Shown: positions 1 through 12,000 of the stretch, in pieces
Layout of the letters: each line of letters begins with the position of its first letter
How positions within the stretch are numbered: the stretch's first letter is position 1
Assembly: GCA_030605095.1 (NCBI GenBank)
Contig: JAUWBJ010000004.1
Coordinates: forward strand, 1 to 40,028
Length of the DNA stretch: 40,028 nt
Source: Candidatus Omnitrophota bacterium
GTDB lineage: Bacteria; Omnitrophota; Gorgyraeia; JABMRN01; RBG-13-46-9
Reading direction: 5' to 3'
Notes under the pieces: generated by a model
Seen by the model: the letters and a program-made list of their open reading frames with translations, nothing else
What the model was told of the DNA's origin: nothing
The model's database searches: none
Position numbers and translations under genes: made by a program

Positions 1-3000
1 CAGAAGCTCAAGTCGCTTGAAGACAGAGATATCCTGCCGAAACTGGCAGAAGTAAGAAAAACAGAAAATGCTTTAGAAAAAGCTCATGAATACGAAAAGA
101 CCGGTGATTTGAGGAGGGCGCTAAGAAAAATCAACAAAGCCTTAGGGAAAAAGCCCAAGGACACTACCGAACTTCTTGCGGCAAAAAAAAGAATTGCGCG
201 AATTATCAAAAGGAATAGGATGGTTTCGCACGCTGAAAAATTATTCGATACTGATGACCTCGAAGCCGCTGAAAATGCACTCAAAGAACTTGAAGTTCAC
301 TTCTGTGGGCCGAATATAGAGGTAACAGAAGAGGTAATGCAAAAGAAGACAGGAAGCGATAAAGAAGGATTTAAAGCTTGGCAACAACTCAAAGTGTCGA
401 TTAATAATTTGAGGCAGCAGGCTGAAAAACGGAAAGAACAACTTAATAAGGCAGAACTATTGCTAGAAAAAGAAGACTTTGCCGGTGCAGCCGCCAAGGT
501 GGATGAAGCGACAAAATATGGCGGACCTTCAACAGATACGAATAGCCTACTTAAGCGCATAGAAGATACCGAAAGGCAGAAAGACAACATTGCCATAATT
601 GATACTTCCTTGGATGAAATTAAGGCCGATTTAAACGAGAACAAAATAGATATAGAAGACTTAGGAGATTATACCTCAAGGCTTGAAGGCCAAATGAAGA
701 AAATACAAAAGATAGACTGGAAAAATTACAAGCAGAAACTTGAGAAAAAATCCGGCCAAATACAGCGTTCTATAACTTCAAAAAGAAAATCAATCAGCAA
801 GATAAACCAAGGAAGAAAATCCCGCATTATACAGCGATTAGGCGAGTTGGGAAATGAACTTAAAACTCTTGAAGCACCCAAGGATATCGTAGCGCTTAAA
901 AAGAAGGTTGCAACACAGAAGAATGCAGTAAAAAATGTTCTATCTAGAAATATAAGGAAAGAACTTACTCTGTCGTGCGAGGTCTTAAAGGTAAAAATCG
1001 AATCCAAGGCAAACCAGGCAGTGGAGAAAAGGATAAAGGAGATTCCCGAAAGTCTGCACGCCGTTGACGAAGAAATTCCCGAAGCTCAAACCCTCGAAGA
1101 AACAAGGGCATTGAGAGAAAGGCTAAATGCGGTTAATAGAGGCATTAACCAGGTTTTACAGGAAGAAGAAAAGGAAAGGTTATTGGGTTTATATCAAGAA
1201 GTTTCGGGTAGGCTTAGCGAAAAGCACGAAGATTTAAAGAAGAAGGTAGGCAATGAAACGCGAAAAATAGAAACTGCTTTACGAACGTTAGACGGACAAT
1301 TTATGCCGAAATATGCAGATCTATCAAGGGAGGAATTAGAAGAACTAAAGAAAGAGATTGATGAGGTTCCTTCAACTGAAGCTCAGGAAAGGCTTAGAAA
1401 GAGCGTAGCTGAAGTTAGAGAATCTATAGATAATAAACTAGAATTGTACAAAAAGACTATAAGAGAGAAAAAAATAATTGATGAAATGAAAAGAACGATA
1501 CAAATACACATAAATGCAGTCAAGGGTTGGTACATCACCGAGCGCAATGGTATGTTAAACACAGGTGTAACGCCTGAGCAAGTGGCCAAAGGGGGATACG
1601 AACTCTTGAATAGATTAGACCGAACAGTACCTGTTTCAGCAGAATTTTATGATAAGTACGAAAAGGAATTGAATGCAGCTGTAGCAGCGAAGAATAAAGC
1701 GCTGGAAGAAGCTAAAAAAGAAAGAGAAACTTCCCGGCCAGTCGAAGAAAGACAGGTAAGGCAGGAGGCAGAGGAAGGGGCCTTAACATACCTCGCAAAT
1801 CTTGAGGAAAAAATAGACCAAGCAGCTTCTCCTTCTGAACTAAGAAAATTACAACAGGCCATAGAACATATACCCGAAGATATTTGGCAGTGTCTAAGCA
1901 GTGAGCAACGGATGGACATTAAAGAAGAGCAAGCGAGGATGAATAGCGATATCGACACCATATTGGCAGAGAAAAAAGAGGCCGCAGCTTCGGTTCTTGC
2001 GGGATTGCCCAAGAAGTATAAGAAGCTAAATGCCGCCGTGAGGAAGTTGATAAATGCAACGATGAGGGGTGATGAAAAAGCAGCAGAGGAGGCTCATGCA
2101 AAAATAGCCGAGGAGTACGCCAAGGTAGTGGAAGACATGGATCCTGATGATAAGCAGAAATACCAAGATGCTATCAGTTTCCAACAAAAGCCACGAGGGA
2201 AAACAGCATTTGTCATAACTCGGTTACTTGTAATCTTGGTTCCGCTAGTTGTGCTCGCAGCACTCGGGATCCATTATTGGCCTCAAATCAGCCCATATAT
2301 TCAAGAAGCTCTGCGACATTATCAAGTATCCATTGGTGCAAGTGGTTTGCATCAGACGGTGCAATATGCCTCAGTCATTCCTAATAACCTGCTTATAAAC
2401 ATAATCGGACTAATAATACTCGGTTTCCACTTCTTCTCAAAATATCTCGAATCCATGGAATTTTTGCTTTCCGAAGAAAATCCAACATTACACACGACCC
2501 CTAGCCCGCATCTGGGGTGGTTACCACTAGGGTCGCCATTTACAGCATTTTTGTCTGGCGTTCCTGCAGGAGGCAGGCAAGATAGGGAAAGTCAACCGGA
2601 TGATGACGCGATTGCGAATGGGGATGAGGTAAGCGGGGAAGAACTAAGCGGGGACGAGCTACTATATGCGGAGATTTATAAACTTACGAGCATTCTCATA
2701 GGCAATCCAGATAAAGCTGAGCGTCAGGAAGCCGGCGAAGAGCTATATCAAATTCGTCAGTCTCAACCCGAACTCGTTGATTCAAAAATCGAATATATGA
2801 TGGAGGAAGCCGGTAAAGTAGGGACCGAAGCCAAGGCAATAGGAAGAAGAATAGAAATCCTGAGGCTTGTTATTAAAGGCGTCTCCCAGCATCGAGTTGA
2901 GATAGATAAAGAGATCGGGAATGGCATGGTTTCGCGGTGGGAAGAAGGCAAAAGAAATATCAGCGCTCCGAACCTCAAAAAATTAGCCGACTACTTTGAT

Positions 3001-6000
3001 GTGAAACCGACTCTTATATATAGAGGTAAGACCTTAATAGAGGCGATAAAAGAGACTCGGCCGGATGCCAGAGGCGGAAGAATAAGAATCCTTCGCTACT
3101 CAAAAGGTTTCTTGCAATGGGAGCTCGCCCGAGAACTTGGAGTTACGCGTCAGGCAGTTACAGCCTGGGAAGAAAATCAACCTCTGAAACCGGCAAGCCT
3201 TTTAATATTGGCCAATTACTTTGGAAGAGACGAATCAATCTTTGTCGAGGAGCCGACCCTCATCTACAAAGGAAAGACATTAGTAGATGCTCTTAAAGAT
3301 GCCTCTACTATAGGCGAAAAAATAGTAATCCTTCGTTATTCAAAGGGGCTTAGAATAGAAGGGCTTGCGGATGAGACCGGAATTCCGTTGAAATATCTTT
3401 CCGACTACGAGAGGGGACTCAAACCGCCTGAGCCGGAAGACCTTGCCATACTTGCCGATTATTTCGAACTAGATTTGACACTTCTCGATAAAGCGGCTAG
3501 TCCGGAAGAGATAGTAATTTTATTGATTAATAAGCTTGAAAGGGCGAGGATCGCCACTATGATGGAGAGGATAGTCCGGGCCTTAAACTCTGTCTCGTTG
3601 AAAAAGACATTCATGGCGTATGACATATATTATACCTCGCAAGCTATCCGAGATAAGATAGCCAGATTCATGCCTTTCATTGAGACCGGAAGCTATCCTG
3701 TCGGCATAACAATGAAGAACGGTGTTACGCTGCTTCCTGATAATATGCTGACAAATCCGCATGTTATGAGTCAAGTAGAGGATAAATACGGTGACAATTT
3801 CTGGTCTGACGCACAGGCTACTGTTGATTTCCTCACCGAAAGCGACCCTCTGCCGGAAAAAGCCGATTTAATTATGGTGTTGAGAGGCGAAGACCTTGAA
3901 CTGGCGCGTGAGGCAGCCAGGATGTTTATGGCGGGCAAGGCAAGCAAGATACTTCTTTCGGGAGGTCAAGGGCAGCGTATATCCGAAGACCGGGAGAGCG
4001 AGGCTGAGAGATATAGAGAAGAGATAAAAGCTGTAATAATGGACGAATACGGTAAGGATGAATTCGATGCAGAAATGATTATAAGAAACAATGTCTTAAT
4101 TGTCGAAAGAGAATCTGATAGCCTTATTTACGATATGATACATAGCCTATATACATTAGAAGGGGAAGCATGGTGGATAGATCCTCCCCGCTCCCGATCC
4201 GTTATATTGATGCAGACACCTCTATTACTTAAGAGGTCAGCAGCTACATTTTTGAAGCAGTTCCCAGAAAACGTTACATTGTATAGACATTCATATAAAA
4301 CTATAAATCTTGCCGCTGAATCCGATTTAATTAAGAGGGGCGAGATAATAGCCGAGGCTTGGGATGAGCTGGAGAGATTGGAGAAGTATGGGCCCGGGTC
4401 CAGCGGCACTGGTGATGCCGTCGGGGTGAGAATGCCGGCTCAAGTCCAGGCCTTCAGGGATAATGTTACCCCAATATTGGAGGCCATGAGGACGGCTCTA
4501 TTCTTTCATGAGATGCTTCACGTTGTGTTGAACTCGATTTACTCTGAGAGTCCGGAGGATAATGCTGTATTAACCGCTGTGGCTGGATTGGGCAGCGGAT
4601 TTGACTGGTCAAGGCTACGCTCTGAACTCGGAGTAATGGGATGGCAGAGAGGTGAAGAAAGTCTAACCGAATATAGAGTGAGATTGTTGAATGAGGCGCT
4701 CGCAAAGATTCTGGAACTCGAATACTTATCGAGACGCGACTGGCCGACCGGGGATTTCAGCGCAAAACTTCAGTCCCTTTACAACTTACTCGGCCTTACC
4801 GACGATGATTCACGCGACTTCTGGATGAAGAGGCAACCAACGGACACCGCTCTCACCGGACTCCAGCAGGCCATACATGATACCTTCATGTCCCATGATT
4901 TGCTAAACCCCCATCGCCTCGCCGCGATTGCGAATGGGGATGAGTTAAGCAATGAGGATGAGCAGCTAAGCAAGGATATTTATATTCTTTCAGACACACT
5001 CATAAATTCTTCAGATAAAGCCGAGCGTCGGAAAGACGGCGAACGGCTATACCAGATATGCAAATCTCCGGAGGTTAATCCATTCTCATTAATCAAATAC
5101 ATGATGGGCAAAGCTGAGACGATAGGAAGAAGGGTGGAATGCCTGAGATTTATCAATAACCTCACACCGGAGGAGCCTGAGAGTGCCAGTGGGGTTAGCG
5201 CAGACGTGATTGAGAAATTGGAAAACGACGGTTATGTTATCTATCCTCCGGGAGCCCTCTTTAAATTAGCTGAATATTACAAAATAGACCCGATCCTTAT
5301 CTATAAAGGTAAGACTTTGATGAATGCCATAAAAGATACTGCTCGGGATGATATAGGTGCGAGGATAAGGATTCTCTGCCATTCAAAAGGTAAAACGCAA
5401 GAAGAACTGGAGGATATTCTTGGTGTTAACCGAGGCTTCGTTGCACAGTGGCAAAATAACGTCGTAAGACCTAGCCTGCAATATCTTGCAAAAATGAGCG
5501 AATATTTTGATAAAGAAGTTATAATTATATACAAAGGGAATACACTAACAGAGGCCCTTAAAAGCGCCGCTACTGACGGCGAGAAGATAGATATTCTTCG
5601 CCACTCAAAGCTCCTTACGCAGATAGAGCTCGCGTCTGGTATCGCGGTTAGGGGGATTTCAGAATCTACTATCTCAGGGTGGGAAAATAATATTATCCCG
5701 CTCAACGTAGAAGATTTCCTCATTGTTGCCGATTATTTTGATGTAGATATTACGCTTCTTTGCGGAATGGAGACGCGTGAAGCCATAAAAGCGGCGCTTA
5801 CTGTAATTGCCATCCCAGAGGTAGATTACCGCAGAAAAGATAAAATAGCCACAATTTTACATAAAATCGGCATAAGTTCCAAAACAGGCAGGCCCTTGGA
5901 AGACGGTATCTTTGCAATTTCACAGGACGAGATGGATAATATTACAAGACATGTAGACCCGGCTGAAAGAATAGGCTTACATGAATATACATTAGGAGGA

Positions 6001-9000
6001 GGCCTTGTCCTTCATACCCAGGATGCGAGTGAAAAGGAGGTAAGGGAAGGTTTAGCGCACGCCTGCAACAGGACTATATTTACGGAGGACTGGGATGAAG
6101 ATACTCAGAAATTCAACGGCGATACGGCAGCCTTTTTAGATAGCACTATATGTATATCGGATTATGACTTTTACGAAGAACTAAAGGTTTTATTCAACAT
6201 TCCTGTAGCGTGCGTGGAAGCCAATACCAACGTAGAAAAGCAATATGCCTATATCTTAGATGAAGCATTAGCCAAACTCACCGTCTATGAATATCTTAAG
6301 AAAGAAAACACCCCTCTTACTCGTAGAGAAGGCGACAATCTCACCCAGCTTATAAAAATATTCGACCTTGAATATGACGAATCCACCTATAGATATACTT
6401 CAAAGACTCTCGAGGGCTTCAACTCCTTACGACAGCGAATCTTCGACGCCCATGAACTGCACGTCAAGCCCATCCTCGCCGCGATTGCGAATGGGGATGA
6501 CTTAAGTGATGAGGATGAGCAGCTAATTTATATTCTTTCAGACATACTCATAAATTCTCCAGATAGAGCTGAGCGTCGGAAAGCCGGCGAACGGCTATAC
6601 CAGATATGCCAATCTCGTACTGAAATTCTTGACTCTTTGATTAATGACCTGATGGACAAAGTTGCTGGTGTAGGAAGAAAAATAGAAATTCTGCAATACC
6701 TTAATAACGTTACACAAGTGGCGCTTGCGGATGATATTGGGGTTACAGTATCGGTCATTGAGGACTGGGAAGAGGAGTTTGAAATACCTGCACAGGAGGA
6801 TATCGATAAGATAGCCGATTGCTTTGACATGGAGCTTGTATCCCTTAATCCCGACGATGACAGCATAACCCCTGACTCTCAAGGAAAAGACAAAGGGCCA
6901 ATAATTAAATCTATCTTAATCGCCATCCTTTCCTTCTTATCATTATCAGTGCTTCTTGCTATGAAGCCTCAAGGTGAAATAGGCTGGGCTCTACCAGTAA
7001 CCCTAATACTCCTTACTATACTCCTTACTGCGGTAATTTATGGAGTGATTTCTGCGATTGGAAGAATTGTTAAGAGAAAGCAGATGATGTATCTATTCAC
7101 AATGCCTGAGACTTCTAAATTTAGACCGGGTGAACAAATACTTTTTGCTAGTTGTGATACCTACGTTGACAGATTAGACGAAGATAAAATCGGTACATTC
7201 CTTGAAAAGATAGCAAGGACTATAGAAAAAGCTGCTAAAGTTTATGAAAAGAGAACCGGAAAAAAGGCTCTTGTCGCTGCGCTTTCCTATGCGACGACTA
7301 AACAAGGAGCCAGGTTATCACGCGACCCATTTGTACGGTATATGGAGAAAGCAGTTGAAATTGTAAGGGAGAGGAGCCCGAGGATAAATGTTTTAGGAGT
7401 TACTCAATTTGATGCCGCTATACGTAGGAAAGTATTTTTGGATAAGACAAAATCAAATTTTGCTCCCAAAGGTTTTCCGGTCAATGTATTTGTATTTCCT
7501 AATTCACAGTCTTTTGAGATTGCAAAAGATGTGATGGATTTCTTTAGGTCCAACCCTACAATTGGGGAAAAGTCAGAGTTACCCGGCAAGTATTTAGAGG
7601 AATTAGAAAGAATTGCCGAATCCAAGCAGGCGCGCATTGTTATTCCCGAGTCAACAAATCCGCTGGTGTTAGCGGCTGTGGCAAGATTTTTGAAAAAAGA
7701 ATTAGGCGAGGTTGTGCTTTTAGGGAAAAGGTCCGAGATAATATCGGTTGCATCGGAAAAAGGAATAAATATACGAGAAGCCGAAATTATAGACCCTGAA
7801 GAAGATCCTGAAGAACTTAATGAAATTGTAAAGTATTATTGTGAGAGACAAGCTCTCGGCGAGAGGACTAAAAAGGCTAAAGAGGTTGCAAGGAGAATTT
7901 TGAAACGTAAGGTAGTTCGTTACGGAGCAGGGATGGTGGCTTTAGGCAAGGCCGATTGCATGGTTGCAGGAAGTGTGTATGATTCCGCTGATGTTATCAC
8001 GGCTATCAAGATGCTTGTGGGGATGGATGAAGATGTTGAAACTCTATCAGGTGGCTTTTTGATGTGTTCGCAATCTAAAGATGTGGGTACTGACGGAAAG
8101 TTAATCCTTTCTGACATTGCTTTTACAGAATGTCCGAAAGACGCCAAGGAACTTTCCGATATTGCGGTGAATACAGCTCAGGATGTAGCAACTTATATCG
8201 GCCCTAACGTTAAACTGGCGTTTGTCTCCGGTAAGAATGTGGAAAGTAGCAAAATAAGGGAAGCAATTGAAATCACAAGAGAGGCGATAGGTAATAAATT
8301 TGATATAGATGGTTCAATTACCATAGATGGCCCAATAGGATTAGATGAAGCGCTGAAAGGTGGATATAATGCGATAATATTTCCCGACCTGAATGCAGCA
8401 AATAGTGCCTACAAGATGCTACAGGGGATATGCAAGTTTGATGGCTTGGGCATAATTTCCGGTGAGTGTTCTAAACCTGTGTTTGATATGTCGCGTGGAG
8501 CCGACATTAATGAGATTTATAGCTCGATGGTCCTGGCATGTTGTGGGGTAAAAGCCAAAAGCCCAGATGATGTTCAGACTTTAATCAACACCATCGAATC
8601 CGAAAGCGGCATCACAACCAAGTCGCAGAAGCGCATACAGGCGGCCGCCCAGACACTCAATAACCTCCCGCAGTCTGCAAACTTCCTGGAATATGGTGTG
8701 CATCTTGTTCCTCAGTCTGTGTTGGATAAGATTGCGGATGTGCTTCCGTCAATTGAAGTGGATCCGGATAATCCGGCGAGAGGCCTTGCCATGAAAAGCG
8801 GCATTATTCTAATCAGCAAATTTGAAGAGCCAATAACACCGGCAGAGAAGGAATATCTCCGGATGAGGTACGGCACTGACTGGATTAGTGCAGATGAGCC
8901 TACGAAGAAAGCCTGGCGGCAGGATATGCGCCAGTCCGTCTTCATCCATGAAATCGACCACCAGATATTTGATACAATCCTCAAGAATAATCCAGAATTA

Positions 9001-12000
9001 ATAAAGAATGCCCTCCTTACGCAAGTGGTAACCCATGTGAAGGGTACATCCTTGTTAGGCGTTACGGATAAGAATGAGCTGATAGCTCTCCTCAAAGACT
9101 CCGAAGAGCTAAAGAGTCTCAATAAAGAGTTAGCCAGATTCGACCAGTTAATGTTCCTCCGCGACCTCCTTGATGTTAATGGCAAGATTGCCTTTGATGC
9201 AAGCGCCAAGCCAGGCGATGAATGGCTCAAACTCAAAATTGTATTGGGTATTAGAGAGATTACACGGACCATCATAAGAGGAGACAAGTCAAAAGAAATC
9301 ACCGGCCTCTTCTCATCGAATAACAGTATCTTTGCCCTCATGGATGAAATCGACAGAATCTCTTTTGAGAATGGCCTCATGTCCCCTGGCCTCCTGCATG
9401 CGATTGCGGATGGGGAGATCAACGTAGCACTTATAGTAGATAACTACATCAGTTCAAATCCTGAGATGGCAGATTTAAGAAGTGCGCTCGTTGAAATTTT
9501 GGAAATCTGCAGGGACATCGACGTTTTAATACAAGTTAGGGACATGCTAAAAGAAAATCTCATTACAAAGAATGATGTTAGGCATAGGTTAATTTTAATA
9601 TCACATTCTGAGGATTATAAACCCGATGAGACGTTCGAAGCTATTCACAGGATGTTATCAGAAGGATTAATTACAACAGAAGATATCGAAACTAAATTAG
9701 CTCCTTTGGCAGAAAGAGCCGAACATTCTGCATTCTTAGCCTTTCAAACTCTTTACCATATGCTCAAAAGGGCCAAAGAGGAGGGCGTAGACAAAGAGAC
9801 TGCATTCGAACGTTTGCAAGCAGTTGCTGACGAAGTCGGTGACGACGCAGGCTATGTGTTCCATCAAATATGGGATAACTGGATGAAGTATTGGAGTGAG
9901 CGAAGGCAAGCTTATGCCATGACATTTGATGATATCCCTACTTATATACTTCCGGTCGCACAAAAATGCAAGGATTGGACGGCCTTTTATCTCAGTGTCC
10001 AGGAATATGTAATTAATAAAGAAGAATTGTTAAAAGTTTTGTCACTTCCGCTGACAGGCAGAAAAGCTGCTAAAGCATATGAACTTAAGGAGGAATTAAC
10101 GCGAGATTATCGTGAGCCCGCAATTTTTACAGAGGCTGAATTCGATGAATATATCATACCTATTATACAGAAATCAGGACTGCCTATAAGAGACCCTGTC
10201 AGGTATGTTAAGAATATGTTAAAGGATGGGTATATTACAAAACCTCAAATCCTTACTCATCTTGTTCCAATAGCAAATAATGCGCTGAATAGTACCGGGA
10301 AAACCTTTGGAAATATATATGCAATGTTAAATACAGGGTTACTTACGGCGGACCAGATAAAGACATTGATAATACCTACGTCTGAGAATGCCAAGAGAAG
10401 AACCGGCATTGTATTGAAACAAGCATATGAGCTTCTGTCGGGAGAGGAAGAAAGCACTCTGCCCCTAAGTTACATAATGACAGTATCGGATATACCAGTA
10501 TTAGGAAACCTGCAAACATCCGATGGATTGCGACAGGAACTAGATAAGTTTAAATCGAATATGTTGGGAAGTGGGGCCACCAAAGAGGCAGTTGTAAGCT
10601 ACCTCCATGACCTTCTTTCCTTAGATTGCAATAAAGAGAATATAACACAATATTTCTTTATACTGAGGTCCCGGATTGGCAAAATTAACGCAGACCTATT
10701 TGTTGCACGATACGAGCCCCTTCGGAATAAATTGGGCGATGATATATCTTGGCTTATACCGGCATTTGCTGACCTCTTTGGAGTTGATACGGCTAGGGGA
10801 AATACACGGTTCATATCAAACACAGAATTCAATAGAATCCTTGATAAAATCGAGACTGGGTTAGAAGATATCAAGCAATTAGTAGAAGTAAGTGTGTCCA
10901 AAGAACCAATATTATATAATCTTCTGCTCGCAAAACTACTTATGTACGGCAATATAAAGGAACTTGTATATAGAGATGAATCTCCATATAGAGCAACATT
11001 AGCGTTAAAGAATTTGAATGTGGATGCTTTTGTGAACATCAATGACTGGCACAATGTAAGGGATGCTCTCCATAATATACGCACTAAGGCTAGCAGTACC
11101 AGATGGTCTGCATTTGGTGCGAGGATAAGGGATAAAATCGGATATTACGTAAGCGATATCCTGGCCGACGATACTCTTGTCGAGATATATGCAGATGAAA
11201 TAGCTCAGGTGCTGGGCGATATCTTTGGTAGAAACGGAGGATTCGAGGAAGAATTTAAGAATGTCTACTATATGAAGGGAGAGGGTATAGAATATAAGCT
11301 ACTTTCGCGAAATGCGGACGAGCTTAAACTCGGAAACAGGACAGGAGACTGCACGGCAACCAATAGGCAAAATTTCTGGTCATTGCCGACATGGATGTCT
11401 CACCTTGGCTATCAGATACTTCAAGTATATAAAGACGGCAGGTTTGTTGAAAAGATGCATCTAATCATAACGGATAGCGTAGGCGTCCCGGGTATTACAA
11501 TAGACGCACATGAAGCGGTGCCGCAGACAGTCGAATCCGGTGGACGCCATGTATCCGGTGATCCAAAATTGATACGAACCCGCGAGGAGATATTCCAGGC
11601 CGGTATGTTAATGGTAAAAAAGATTGCATCACGTTTAGGAATACCAAAAGATGAGATCTACGCAAACGGAATTAGTGGAAGAAAATGGATAAAGAAGTTT
11701 TATGAGGAAGATTTTACTACAACGACTCATCTGCAGCACTTTAGGTTCTTGGACGGTGTTGCTCCTTCAAAGTATTTCTTTGATAAGGAATTCCATCTAC
11801 CATTTCAGGATCCAAAGATTTATATTCAAACCTTCGGCACAGGACAACTTTCCCCGGAGGTGCGAGAAGCGGTATCAAGAATAGAAGAGCAGTTGAACGC
11901 ATATATAGAGCGCCATCCTGAAAGCGAATTAGCCATTGCTGTTAAAGAAGGAGATAGGGCACGTGCTTCGCAGCTTATAGCTGAGGATGAGAATTTTGCC

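Larger units (their letters stand above)
2608..9416 (+). repeat. Dispersed module-junction repeat GCGATTGCGRATGGGGA (4 copies: 2608, 4924, 6481, 9400)
   Basis: Read directly; encodes AIANGD (x3) and AIADGE. Copies 2 and 3 extend into about 140 bp of near-identical DNA (4921-5066 vs 6478-6615) with a 9-bp indel. Confidence 0.9.

Noticed and set aside
109-111. TTG start of the giant ORF given by the ORF track
   Set aside because: The frame is open from base 1 and there is no signal peptide here; the gene starts upstream of the window.
2839-6846. Prophage repressor cluster suggested by many XRE HTHs
   Set aside because: The HTHs are internal domains of a single uninterrupted ORF, and there are no phage genes nearby.
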